Shown here: one piece after another, positions 50,812 to 64,000 of the stretch | How the letters are laid out: the number at the start of each line of letters is the position of its first letter | Position numbering within the stretch: the stretch's first letter is position 1 | NCBI GenBank assembly: GCA_964016885.1 | Contig: OZ024740.1 | Span: forward strand, 65,782,001 to 65,846,000 | Length of the DNA stretch: 64,000 nucleotides | Source: Eledone cirrhosa | Taxonomy: Eukaryota | Direction of reading: 5' to 3' | Position numbers and translations under genes: made by a program | The notes under the pieces: generated by a model | Databases searched by the model: none | Told to the model about the DNA's origin: nothing | Seen by the model: the letters and a program-made list of their open reading frames with translations, nothing else

Positions 50812-51574
50812 ATCACCTCCGACCAGATTTTTAATAAAAATCGTAAAACAAACGATAGCAGGGAGGAACTAGAAGTTGTAAATTGGTGCAAGAAAAATTC
50901 CTGTAGTATATAACAATGAAGCCAAAGCCTTACAAGGTACTCTTTACAAGTTGTTGAAACCGGTTTCAAAACGAACAATATAGAGGTGAAATAGGTTAAT
51001 GCATGCAAGCATTACACAAAAAATATACAACAAATGCAATAATTATACACATGCAGCAATAAATGCAAAATGCATTAAAAATACCATTCGCAGTAAGGGT
51101 CCCAAATGCGATAAAAAAACGATAGGCATTGAAAATTCCATAGGCAGTAAGGTTACAAAATGCAATGAAAAATTATAATATGCCATAGGCATAATGTACC
51201 ATAGGCATTCAGGGTACAAAATGCAACAACTAATTCATTATACAGTAAAAATATTTGCAAGAAAAAAGAATACAATTCAGAAGTTTATAGTACTGCATAG
51301 CTTACGGGGCCAATGCACCCTTCGACCTGAACGGGTCGTATTTCTGTATGTTTGGGGGGGAGGGGGGGGGGGGGCAAAGAAACAAGTGTATGTGGCGAAG
51401 AAGAAGAAGGGGGCATTTGTGGTTCAAGTGTCACTGTGTCAGTGTCCAGATTGGCTCGTTTGAGGCGATCAACGGAAATAGTTTCCCTGGACCCCCTAAT
51501 GTCCACTGTGAAATGTTTCTCTGTACGAGCAAGCACACGATAGGGTCCAGAGTACGGCCGTGTGAGAGGGGGTC

Positions 51575-52398
51575 TCACAGCGTCGTCCCTAACGAACACA
51601 TGTGTCCACAAGGCAATATCCCTTGGGACGGAGTTTTTACAGTTTGCTTCCTAGTGTCCACCGGTGGCAAATCCTGGAAGTAAGAATGAAGCCGGGCCAC
51701 GTAGAAAGCGGGATCCTGCGAAGCAAGATCAACAGGAGCAAGCATATGCCCCGGTAACGCAAGAGTACCATAAATCAATTCGGCCGGGGAGAACCCAAGG
51801 TCCACCTTTATTGTCGACCGAATACCTAACAACACAATAGGTAGGTACTCACTCCAACGTGAAGAGTCCATGGAAGCCCTTAAAGAGGCTTTAAGCTGTC
51901 TGTGAAATCTTTCCACGATTCCGTTTGATGCTGGATGATATGCCGTGGTTCTTATGCGAGTAGCGCCAATAATTTTTGTTAATTCACGGAAGAGGTTCGA
52001 TTCAAATTGACGACCGCGGTCCGTTGTTATTGTGGTTGGTACTCCAAAACGAGCGATCCATGCAGATACGAGAGTACGCGCTGTCGTTTCAGCAGTGATA
52101 TCTGTCATAGGCATGGCTTCAGGCCAACGCGAAAAACTGTCAACGATCATCAAAATATACGAACAACGACGACTAATCGGCCACGGGCCGACGATGTCCA
52201 CATGAATGTGACGAAATCTGGCATCAGGACAGGTGAAAGTTCCGAGAGGAGTTTTAACGTGCTTATGAACTTTTGACTTAGGCAAGCGACACAGGAACGG
52301 CACCAAGCAGCAATGTCACGTCTCATATCAGGCCAGAAAAATCTGGCTGTTATGAGTTTTACCGAGGCTGTAGCTCCTGGGTGAGAAATGCCATGCAA
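51575..52398 (-). pseudogene. Gypsy integrase (HHCC + DDE)
   Basis: HGISHPG...FFWPDM..DI..W.RSC..C followed by the DDE core, split by a frameshift. Confidence 0.9.
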
Positions 52399-52861
52399 AG
52401 CGAGAAATACAGTTCATCGATGACCAACTGGGACGAGAGGTCGTGGTGAGTCCAACGAGATATCACAAAGTATCTGTCCGTCAGCGGTTGATAAAGGAAG
52501 GTATTTCATATTGCAGTTAATGAACTCCGGCGATGTGCAATCCAATGATTCAAGCGAGGGTTGGTCAATGGCCATTTGACGCAAATCTATATCGTTAGAC
52601 GACGAGATCGAAGATATCGGCAGGCGAGACAAGGCGTCTGCCGCAGTGTTCAAAGCACCCGGAATATGTTGAATATCATTGGTGTATTGGGAAACAAAAT
52701 CCAGATGTCTAGTTTCCCTAGGCGAATATTTGTCATATGTTAATCTTAAAGCGAAGATCAACGGTTTGTGATCTGTGAAAATAGTGAACGCTCTCCCGTC
52801 CAGAACATGGGAGAAATGTTTCACAGATAAATAAATTGCTAAAAGCTCACGCCCGAAAGTA

Positions 52862-54190
52862 CTATAACGATTTTCGGCAAGCTTTATCTTTCTCGAAAAA
52901 AATTCCAGTGGTTGTTGTAAACCATCGCACTTCTGTTGCAATACTGCCCCCCACGGCGGTATCCGACGCATCAACACAGAGCGATAGCTCGGCGTTGGGT
53001 ACTGGGTGGGCGAGCAAAGACGCGTTCGCTAACGCCTTTTTCACTTTTTTAAAATCTTCAAGCTGCGTTTTATTTAAGGAAATGTCCATATTCTTACGCC
53101 GGCAATTTTTACAAATTACTGTCAACGAGAACAGCAAGTTGGAACAATTAGGTACGAATCGCCTATACAAATTTACAAGGCCTAAGAATTGACGTAATTG
53201 TCGCAGTGAACCTGGCGGAGGCAAATCCGATACTGCCTTAATCTTCTCAGGAAGAGATCGAATACCATCGGTGTCAATCAGATGGCCTAAAAATGTTAAT
53301 GAAGTCGAGCCGAAAACACACTTGGAAGCATTAATACGAACATTATATCTCTGTAAACGACGAAATACGAGATTCAGATGCTTTGAATGCTGCTCAGGAG
53401 AAGAACTAGCAATCAACACGTCATCGATATACGTGTACACAAACTCCAGGCCCCGAGTAACATCATCCATACATCGTTGGAAGGTACTAGCCCCATTTCT
53501 TAGCCCGAAAGGCATAGTAAGGAACTCGAAGGATCCAAAAGGAGTGGCAATAGCAGTCTTTGGAATATCCTCCTTTTTAACCGGAATCTGATTATAAGCA
53601 CGAATCAAATCGAGCTTAGAAACAATTGTACAACCTTGTAATGAAGAAGTGAAATCCTGCAAATACGGGATTGGATAACGGTCAGGCACAGTAATCGCGT
53701 TTAAGCGTCGGTAGTCACCCGTCGGTCTCCAATCACCAGAAGATTTAAGTACCATATGTAGAGGCGATGCCCAAGGACTTGTGGAACGCCGAATTATTCC
53801 TAATTCCAGCATGTGGTCGAATTCAGACCGTGCAGCTTTCAACTTCTCTGCAGATAATCTTCGAGGACGTGAGAAAACAGGTGGACCTGTAGTGGATATA
53901 AAGTGTTCAATCACATGATCCGGACTAGCAATTCGTAATCTTACTTGCGTCAGCTGTGGGAATGATTTTAACAAACTGTGATACTGGTTGCCCACTTCAG
54001 CCAAGAAAAAATCAGGGCTTACTGTGGTGATCTCCGGCTTTGTACCCTCGAACGATAGGCCTGTATTAGCATCAAAAAGTCGTTGTCTGCGGATGTCAAT
54101 CGACAAGGAAAAATGGTGGAGAAAATCCGCTCCCAAAATGGCGTATGGCAAGTCGGCGATAGTAAACTTCCACTTCAATTCACGACGCAA
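52862..54190 (-). pseudogene. Gypsy reverse transcriptase region
   Basis: 442-aa open segment containing YIDD. Frameshifts connect it to RNase H at 52414-52977. Confidence 0.92.
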
Positions 54191-55311
54191 ATTTTTTAAC
54201 CGAAGAGGAAGCGAAATTTGCCCGTACGTTCGAATGGCCGTGTGGTTGACTGCTCGTAAATTTATATTTGATTCAGATGGGTTTTTTTTTAGATAACTGA
54301 CTGGCCAAATACTCAGCGATGCGCCAGTATCGACAAGTAAAAACTTTTTCGACCGCAGGTCGTATACGAAAAGATGGCGGTTCGGGCGATTTTCCCAGAG
54401 TTCACTAGCCGCCCCAAGTGGCTCTGCTTTGCGTTTTCCGATCTCTTCTAATTACAGGGCGTGGGACAACGTTGTGCCCTTCTGCCGAAGTTAGCATGAT
54501 ACCAACAAATCGAAGAATTATTGTTGTCTGCGTTGTAGTGCTGGCGAGGAATAGAAGACGGCGGCGAACGGTACTCGTAGCGGTTTCGAGGAATAGCAGA
54601 CGGAGGCGAACGGTACCTCAAACGTTGAGGAGGCTCTCTGTGTTGTACGGTCAAATCCTCCACTTTTTGGGTAGCGCTTCGATCATCTCCAACAGTTTGC
54701 TGCCGGCCACAGAAGAATTGCGTGGGGGAACAGAAGAAGCCACACAAGGATTATGCCGACTGCTGTTAGAGTCCATCTCTAGTATTCTATCCGCGGATGT
54801 GGCAAGTTGATCTAACGATTCCCTCTCCAAATTATTGACCAAGACCATCTGCGCACTTGGCGGTAAACGAGAGAAAAATAGTTGTTTGAGGAATGGGGTG
54901 TCCATCCCCTGGGAGTCGCTCAATTCCCGCAGATGTCGCAAATAGGAGCTTGGCGTCCTGTCACCCATTTGCGCATCAACACCTTGAGTAGGTTGGTAGT
55001 AAGCTTTAGTTTGATCGTAAGTCACAGCAGGAGTGACAGCAACTTTCCGCATCCGCGGATAGAATCGACATATTCATTTTACCGACGATACATATTCTTT
55101 CTTCAAACTGAACTCAAAGGAATTTAAACCAAGAATATGTGTGTCATTCGAGGAAGAAATATGTTACTTTTGTATTCGAGGGTAAAAAAATCACTTCCTT
55201 GCTTTGATTGAACTGTAATACTGTAGTACAGTAATTGATATCCTTTATATCGTGAATATTTTACCTCCAAAGCAGAAAGAAATCCATACAATTTAGTAAA
55301 GCCAAGATGTA

Positions 55312-55548
55312 TACATGTATCATAAGTAAATCATAAATAAGATATACAATTGTAATTATTACTAAATTATTTATATATAATTAAGTTACATGTATCATAA
55401 GTAAATCATAAATAAGATATACAATTGAAATTATTACTAAATTATTACTAAATTATTTATATATAATTAAGATACATGTATCATAAGTAAATCATAAATA
55501 AGATATACAATTGAAATTATTACTAAATTATTTATATATAATTAAATT
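55312..55548. repeat. Tandem repeat, ~76-86 bp x3
   Basis: TACATGTATCATAAGTAAATCATAAATAAGATATACAATTG... repeated three times. Confidence 0.85.
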
Positions 55549-56273
55549 ACAAACGAAACGAAATTTAATTTCGTTTCGTTATTTGTTTTTATTTATATAT
55601 ATATTTATGAGATTCACAACGTAAATAAGGTGTAATTATCTATGAAAAGACTTGCACATTAGGATACCCATATCATTCAAAAGTATTTAAAGTAGTTAAT
55701 TTGAAATATAAGTATACAATACAGGTATGCATCTATTCATTTGTTTATGCATGTGTGAGTACTTATGTGAGGATACGTGTGTATTAACTGATCGCATAAA
55801 TCATAGTTTACAAATAATATGAGAACATTTGTGTTACCATGAGGACTGATATGAACTACTTTTTCCTACGTAGCATGCTTATGGAATTTCGAAACTATTA
55901 TTCGTTCTAATAATATTTTAATTAGTTACGATGGCCATTGCACAGCGGGATTGTATGTTACACATCATGCAATATAATCTGCCGAAGCAATTGCTTCTAA
56001 TACGATATTGTGTTCAAAGTGTGGTGGATAGGCTAAATTAGTAGAACGCCGTATAAAATGACATTGCGGTACTTGTCCTTGCTATTTACAATCTGTTTTG
56101 AAATACGGACGAGGCCCCTTTGACTTTCATCTTTCTGTGGCAGAAAAGAATTTAGCATTCTAGTACTGGGGCTGATTTCATCAACTTTCCCTTTCCACTA
56201 AGTTTTCTGGCCGTGTACCTAAATAAGAAATCAATATGAGAAAAGTTCTATGAATAATTAGTGGATTTGTAGA

Positions 56274-56430
56274 ATTAATAAATCATAAGTAAAAATCCCT
56301 TCAGATAGTTAATTATAGCCCTTTAAGAACTAAGTTCAATGTCAAACATCAAGCAAATTAATAAATCGTAAGTAAACATCCTCTTCAGATAGTTAATTAT
56401 GGCTCTTTAAGAACTAAGTTCAACGTCAAA
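56274..56430. repeat. Tandem duplication ~82 bp x2
   Basis: AATTAATAAATC.TAAGTAAA.ATCC..TTCAGATAGTTAATTAT...AAGAACTAAGTTCAA occurs twice. Confidence 0.8.
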
Positions 56431-58009
56431 AGTCGACTTCCTATTTCAGCTGCGGAGACAATATATGAAAATTAGGCGAGCAGTGAACCGATGTCATATA
56501 ACCAACAGTTCCCCCACCTAATGTCTATGTAATTTTAATCGGTGTTATTTTAAAAGCTATATCACTGTGCAAAAATTTGTATATAAATTGTTTGTGTTAT
56601 ATGTTTACAAAGAATATCAATATTGTGTTCTCTATGTTGTTTATATTTGTTTGTCCCGATGTTTCAATTATTTAAAATGTTTGTACTAGCTAGTCCCGTG
56701 CCGTCAAAATTACGGCTAATTGTAATATCTATACATAAAATAAAAAAGAGAGATTTGTAAGTTGTTTGGTTGGTTCCTCCGCGTTCAATCACACAAGTGA
56801 TACAAACATACAAACACATAGCTGTGATGGAACTTAGAATGCTGGACCTCTATAGTTTCTCATCCTCCCATTTCCTCAGCCACCAAATAGATGTGTGTAT
56901 ATGTAATAATTATTTTTTCTACGTTTGTCTGTTTATATATGTGTGTAGATTCGTGTGGGTTTGTAACTCTATTGTCTATGTATCTTTGTAAATAAACGCA
57001 CACAAACACATATACACTCACACAAATATTGTATGTACATATAATTTACACACCATCAAACGGTCGCGTAATCATAAATGCCAATGTGTGTAGCCAATTC
57101 ACACAAACGTCATCACCCTTCCTTCCTCAATCGACATAGTCACCCCTTCCTTCCTCAGTCATCTCTAGTGTGTGACGGGCAAATACACAAGGCTTACTGG
57201 GTAATTTCTGGCCTTGTGCCAATAGTAGAAACAATTATATTAGTGGATGTTAATCATTTCCATGACAAACATTATTTCATGTTTTGATAATTTATTCATT
57301 TATTTTAGAGACATATTATCATCTTGTGCTAGTAATATTTCGAATAGGAAAATCTCCTTTAGATAGATTTCATTGAACTTCCGTATCATTTATTTTCATA
57401 TATCTTAGTTACGTTTTCATTCACGGATATCTTTTTAGTTTATCTTTACAACAATAGTTTCGGTTCAGTATTCTATTAAAATAGCATAGTGTACGAAATT
57501 TTAAACGCAAACTATTTACGCTGGTATATATAAACGTTGTTGGTTAAGAATATGCAAATACAAACAATGTGACTGAGAGCTGCTTCCAAATATCCACATA
57601 TTATATCTTATAATATCGGGTGGTAAGACACTGATCCTGTTTTGCACTCAAAACGTTTTGAAATCAACTTCGCTATCTGCGTTCCTAGGAAATTGCAGAG
57701 ATCATTCTCCAAACCGAAAATACTCTTAGACCGCTTCTGGGTCTAGGCACATAGTTTTTGTTTTCTACCATTATTTATTCATTTGTTTGTATGTTTTTAT
57801 ATCCTAGCAGGTTTTGCTATTGTTGATTGAATATTCACCTCACAAACGTCGCTTCTAGTAGATTCTGTGTTATAACCGTTTAGTTCCTTGAGGTTTTCGT
57901 ATCTGTACATATTACCAAACGGCAATTTGCTATAAATTGTTGTGGTCTTACTGAGAATGTTTCAACAGATTCTAAATGTCAGAACACACATGTGTGAATA
58001 ATGTAATAT

Positions 58010-58290
58010 TTCTCGGTTAGAGCGTCGGATTTATAATCGTGAGGTTGTGAGTTCGATTTTCAGACTGGGCTTAGCGTTGTATTCTTGAGCAAGACACTTT
58101 AGTACACGTTACTCTACTTCACTCAGCTATAGAAATGAGTTGTGACGTCACTGTTGCATTTCCCTTGGACAACATCAGTGGTATGGAGAGAGGAGACTAG
58201 TATGCATGGGCGAGTGCTGGTCTTCCACAAACAAACTTGCCTGGTCTTGTGCCTCGGAGAGAAACTTTCTAGGTGCAAATCCCATGCTCG
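58010..58290 (+). mobile_element. tRNA-derived CORE-type SINE
   Basis: tRNA-like head (GGTTAGAGCG...GAGTTCGATT) plus CORE-like TTCTTGAGCAAGACACTT...CACTCAGCT.TAGAAATG. Confidence 0.7.
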
Positions 58291-61200
58291 TTCGTGATCA
58301 AAGGGGGTCTTTATTCGAAGGCACATCTCATTTATCCTTCTGTCCAATCCATTAAATCACTAGTATTAGTAAACCATTACTTGATGAAATTCTCCTGGTT
58401 CTTCTTTAATCAATTACACTCACACACACACACACGGACACACACACGCACATACACACGCACACACACATATGCACACACGCACAAACACGCACACACA
58501 CACATGCGCGCGCACACACACATAGGCGCGCACACACACTGAGTAAAATTACAGGAGGTCGGACTGGTGAAATTCCTTCAAAGATTTATTCCAGCAATCA
58601 CTATGTACATTTTAGTGGGCAAGTTACTTAAAATCCTGGTGACACCATCAGGCGTTTATTACATCATAGTTATATAATAAATGAAGTATGGTAAACACAA
58701 TCCAAGAGGCTATAAGGACAGAAAGCAAATAAAAAATAACTGAGAAAAATGTGTTTGACTGGAAGGTGGTTAAGAGGGCTAGTTGTTGTCATTTTGGCTG
58801 ACCACCTTCCAGTGAGGATTCTCATTAATTGTGTGTTACCGGTTTGGTTAGGGGATTGTATGCTTAGTATGCGTATTACTACTACCCTGCTATTCAATGT
58901 TATTTGGACACGTGCTAGTAGTAAAGGAGTACAGGTTACAGAGAAATATGTTCAGTTGGGTTCAGACGAAAGTTCTATAAAAAATATAATGGACGGGGGT
59001 GAATTCAGAACATAGAACCTAACAAGTTTTAAGGTTAAAATTAGAGTTAAGATTAAAGATTAAAAATGTAAAAGTTTCAAATTTAAAGATTTAATCAAAA
59101 AATTAGAAGGAAGCATACATATATCTTTCATATTCATAATAAAAGGTCTAGTTCCATCACTGTGTGTTTGTGGCTTGTCTTTCGTTAGCTACTGAGATAA
59201 TGGTTTCACAGTTACCGTAGGTTCATAAGCCCACGACTCTTCCGAGTAAAATCTCATATACAGAATAGGGAAATTTCTATTATTTCCAAGCACTCCACGA
59301 AACGTTCACAGTCTCATACCCTACGTGACAATGAGAGTCAATACAGTTGACCGGTGAAGTAATTCATGCCAGACAGTTATCAGTTACTAATACTAATTAT
59401 GTTAATGATCCCAATGATACAGTTGAAACGTAAAAAGCAAAGTCAAACTAAGTCAAACTAGATTAGATCACTATCTAGCTTTGGGTCCTATGCTTTGTTC
59501 CATATTATATTCCTAGGGTGTGTGAAATAGTTCTGAACTATATTATATAAAGGAGTGTGGTTAGGCGTTCAGTAACCAGTGAAACGATGGTCTACCCAAG
59601 GTTCGAGGGCCTACCAAAGTTTCCGAGTATTTTCGTCTACCAAAAAAAGAAAAAAAAGGGAAAATTATTTTTCCAAGGACTCCAGGAAGGTGGACAGACC
59701 CAAGCGTTGCGAGTGCAAGTAGAAAAGCCCTCACAGCCAGTCGTTGATCCAACGTACACCAACTGATTATTAGTAATTCATATTAATGATGTTAATAATA
59801 GAATCGTTGGAGAGCTTAAATGTAGTAAAATTAAGTCAAAGTAGGATTTAATGAAATGGGAAAAGGAACTATACTCAATCTCAAGCTAATCTGGATTCCA
59901 TGTGTTGTTCAGTTTTGAATTCATATGGGATATGATCCCATCCCACACTATAATAAATATAGGTGAGATATAGATATACACCTTAATACTACAACGTACT
60001 TATGTCTCTACGTAATTATTATAATATCGGAACTATATCGCATGGTACATGTTGAGTGAATCCTAAGGGGTTGGGGTATTAATTAAAGAAATAAATAGAT
60101 ATATAACCTTATATAGACAATTAGTAAATGATTGATAAATATGTGAAAGAGATAGTGAAGCGTAGTTAATTAAAAGAAACGTTCCTTGTGGCGGTCAAAG
60201 GTGATATCTTGTATGGGTTACTAGATATCGCTAAGGTCAGGACGTGCACAAATGAATTCAGAAAAGAAACAGTACAGAAAGTAATAGTCTAGTGTATCGA
60301 AATACTTTTTGGTAACAGTTGAGTAAAAACCAAGGATCAGTATATAAGGATTATAAAATATAATCATACAGAGAGTGATACTCATTGGAGTAAAAATGGA
60401 AGTAAATGAGAAAACATCTCAGAAATAATAAATAAATACAAATCAAAATTTAACAAATAAATTTAAAAAAATATACTATAAGGTTAAAAAATGTAAAAAA
60501 TATAGAAGATAGAAGAAAAGGGGTGGTATTCGGTATTATGTAGTATAGGTTCGAGTATCAACCATTTACGTAAATACCTTAAAACTATAAATTATAAATG
60601 TAAAATTTAGTCAGTACAGGGTATAGGTGGACATACGAATTGTTCAAAGAATTTGTGAAGTTCGACGTAGTTTTGAATGTTCTAGATAGGGATGTGTAGT
60701 AAGGTGTCGTCCGAGAAATGAGATAGATTTATTTTCTGCAGTTAATATCAGACTGGGGTGTAATTAGTCCCATGGTGGCATTCGCTCCACTACATCATAA
60801 AGCGGATAACAGTATACGGAGTATTGTTCATTTAAGTTTGGTGGGTCACCTCTGGATAGAACTGGTCATTCCGTATAGCCAATCTTGATGTAAAATTGAG
60901 AAAAGCACTCGCCGTTATGCGGCTCATCCATCTTTGATGTTGAATCTTGTTAATAAAAGCACCAACAAAGCACTGGAGTCGATTTAATCGACGTTTCCCT
61001 CCCTCAGATTTGCCGGCTTTGTGTCTCAATCAGAAACAATATCATTTTAATGATGGTGGATTGGCAGTATACGTAGAGCATCCGACAACATGCTTCGTGT
61101 TATAGAGTTACGGCCATTTACGTTCTAATGTCAAAAGCATCACTACAATGACCACGTGTCTGGCACGCTTATGTCGAAGTTTATGCGCCTATCTCTGACA

Positions 61201-61388
61201 ATGCCTTTCACAAAAGCCTCTTCTAGCATTCTAGCTAGCTCACCCACTAATCTAGTTTTCTCTATCACTATTCCTTTAGCATACATTATCGATTATACAT
61301 TACTTGCCCGTTTCATATAAAAACCACAATTTCTTGTTGACGATTGCCCCCGTCAACCTGCCCTTAATTAATTCATTAATCTATATAT

Positions 61389-61423
61389 AAACTGATGCGT
61401 GCATATATGTGTACCTGTATATA

Positions 61424-61465
<42 letters not shown>

Positions 61466-61609
61466 CAGGTACACATACATATATGCACGCATCAGTTTAG
61501 CGGACGCTTATTATAACGCCGATTTGTTCGTTTGTCAACAAACTGAACAGCCTGAATTTATGCCATACGGTGTTAAAGCAACCACGTCACCTATATGTAT
61601 GTGTACCTG

Positions 61610-61683
<74 letters not shown>

Positions 61684-62112
61684 TGCTACTGTACGTCTGT
61701 ATACATATATGTATGTACGTATACATACATACTTACATTTAAGTAAGTGCCATACTAAGAGTGAGAAATGAAATTTCATTTTCATTTTTTTTCAACTTAT
61801 CGTTTTCGGTATGCCTGTCCGATTTAACTCACTCAATATGCAAATTAGGCTGCTCAGCCGTTAATTTTCATAAGGAAAGTATATACTTTCGAACGTTCAA
61901 CTATCTGGCAGATGGGTAAACTGTGCTGATGATAGCTAACAAGCTTGAAACGAGTACATTGTTCCTGTGTCAGTGTTGAACAAAAAGGTGACGTGGTTGC
62001 CTTAACACCGTATGGTATAAATTCAGGCTGTTCAGTTTGTTGACAAACGAACAAAGCGGCGTTATAATAAGCGTCCGCTAAACTGATGCGTGCATATATG
62101 TATGTGTACCTG

Positions 62113-62188
<76 letters not shown>

Positions 62189-62245
62189 TATATACATATA
62201 TATATGTATATATATATATAGAAAAAGAGATGAAAACGAAAATGC
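61389..62245 (+). mobile_element. Fold-back non-coding PLE-type element with HHR
   Basis: 61467-61592 is the reverse complement of about 61986-62112. Homologous to 3781-4230, with interspersed (TA)n. Confidence 0.7.
61922..61960 (+). ncRNA. Minimal type I hammerhead
   Basis: GUG-CUGAUGA-U-AGCU(AACA)AGCU-U-GAAA-CGAG-UA/CAU. Confidence 0.65.
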
Positions 62246-62544
62246 AACTGGAGTCTTATTTTTTTTAAAAATATATATATTTATTTGATTCCTTTATCGG
62301 TTTCGCAGTTCTTCTGCTTTTCAAAAGTAGAGTTGAGATGGAGGGTCTCTAGTTTTTCTCACATCTGGCTGGTCTATGAATGTTACTTGTTTTATATGGG
62401 AAGAGTGGCTCAAAATGCCAGGTTTTTCGAGAAGTAATTTGATTGGTTGGTCAATAATTATAATAAATTTCACGCCAGTTCGCGTTACAATAGTTCTTCA
62501 AATAAGATTGGGGGTTGTCACAGGTTGTTTCTTTCATATATGAG

Positions 62545-62850
62545 TGTTTGAATTTCTTTTTACTTGAAAAAAGGGGCTCACGAAGGCTTTCTTTTTATTG
62601 GTTATAAATGAAATTATGGACTGTCACGTGAACAAGTTTTCATTAAATTTTCGCGACCTGATTTGGAAATCCATTCTGTAGCCTTTTTAGAGAATTTTAT
62701 GATAAGTGAAAGATAATGGTCAAGAGAAATGGGATGGGAGAATTGTTCTGGTTCAGTAAATAGGGTTAGTTCGCTGGGGTGTCAGGATTCAGATTTTCTA
62801 TTGAATAAAACAAGTAAAGATACGTGTGTTTATTTGTGTGCTTGTGTGCG

Positions 62851-62914
<64 letters not shown>

Positions 62915-63450
62915 GTGTGTGTGTATGTTTGAATTTCTTTTTACTCAAAAAAAAAGGGTGGCTCACGCAGGCTTTTTTTTAATAAACGTGATTTGATTGG
63001 TTATAAATGAAATTTGGCTGTCACGTGAACAAGTTTTCATTAAATTTTCGCGCCCTTATTTGGAAATCTATTCTGTAGCCTTTATAGAGAATGTTATGAC
63101 AAGGAAAAGATAGTGGTCAAGAGAAATGGGATGGGAGAATTGTTCTGGTTCAGTGAATATGGTTAGTCCGCTGGGGTGTCAGGATTCAGATTATCTATTG
63201 AATAAAGAAAGTAAAGATATGTATATATTATTTGTGTGCTTGTGTGTGTGTGCGTGTGTGTGTGTGTGTTGTGTGTGTGTGTTTGAATTTATTTTTACTT
63301 TGAAAAAAAGGGTGGCTCACGAAGGCTTTTTTTTAATAAACGTGATTTGATTGGTTATAAATGAAAATCGGCTGTCACGTGAACAAGTTTTCATTAAATT
63401 TTCTATTGAAGTAAAGATATGTATGTTTAGTCGTGTGCTTGTGTGTGTGT
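62545..63450. repeat. Tandem array of ~355-380-bp units (about 2.4 copies) with internal (GT)n
   Basis: TTGAATTT.TTTTTACT..AAAAAA.GG..GGCTCACG.AGGC recurs at about 62548, 62929 and 63283. Confidence 0.85.
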
Positions 63451-63461
63451 ATGTGTGTGTG

Positions 63462-63517
<56 letters not shown>

Positions 63518-64000
63518 TATTGGAAGATGATTCTATTAGTAGAAATGGGGGAGGGAGTTGTGTGTGTGTGTATAGGTGTGTTATGTGTGTGTGTGCGAGT
63601 ATGTTAAGATGGAGAGAATATATATTTTGTGCGTATGTATATATGTGTGTAGGAAAGTGGTTCTATTAGTAGAAATGGGGGAGGGAGTTGTGGTTGTGGG
63701 TGTCGTTATGTGTGTGTATGGGTGTTATGTGTGTGGGAGTATGGTTAGCATGTTAAGATGAAGAGAATATATATATATATTGTGTGTTTGTGTGTGTGTA
63801 GGAAAATGATTCCTTTAGTAGGAATATTTTTGAATTAACATATTTTCCTTACTTATTCGTATTTGTTCTGTTGTATTGTCAGTGCAAACGTATGTTAAGG
63901 TTTATTTAGTTCGGGGGTTTTTTTCTAAAGTAGAAGGTGTTATGTGTGTGTGTGTATGTCATATTATGGTGTTGACATAATGTATATTAAACCATATTTA

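Larger units (their letters stand above)
50412..55065 (-). mobile_element. Gypsy/Ty3 LTR retrotransposon, 5'-truncated, frameshifted
   Basis: gag (GDRTPSSYLRHL, CWYH..FG..A.RC..PC), protease [12 protein letters not shown] ([25 protein letters not shown]), RNase H (DAS, RELLA, TDHKPL) and integrase ([31 protein letters not shown]). Confidence 0.95.

Noticed and set aside
56685-56790. Helitron-like ends (hairpin plus CTAG on minus strand; ATCTATACATAAAAT start)
   Set aside because: No matching partner terminus was found, and the match is too short to support a call.
58010-58070. tRNA gene
   Set aside because: The cloverleaf is incomplete and runs into a CORE-like SINE body.
59515-59770. Mariner-like TIR start and 69-aa ORF
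   Set aside because: No second TIR or transposase motif was recognised.

Overview
This is AT-rich, microsatellite-dense eukaryotic DNA, most likely a cephalopod such as Octopus (inferred from the SINE, mariner and Penelope repertoire, not verified). I found no confidently supportable host gene, and almost everything identifiable is transposon-derived. The window holds five decayed Penelope-like element (PLE) coding remnants (four Naiad-type RT+GIY-YIG, one Poseidon/Neptune-type), an R4/Dong-type LINE, an RTE LINE, a Gypsy LTR element, two non-autonomous Helitrons, mariner remnants and many tRNA-derived SINEs. The dominant unexplained pattern is a repeated cassette: (TA)n - inverted arm - optional body - arm with a type I hammerhead ribozyme (HHR) - unpaired tail of about 60-170 nt - (TA)n. 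It occurs in at least 7 unrelated sequence families at sizes from about 150 bp to 3.2 kb, including ~190-bp non-coding hairpin-plus-tail mini-elements. About 13 hammerhead loci were read by eye, several with non-canonical cores (U3:A8 swap, CCGAAGA, YAGAAGA) or very long stem II inserts. All folds and alignments were done by eye, so boundaries are approximate.
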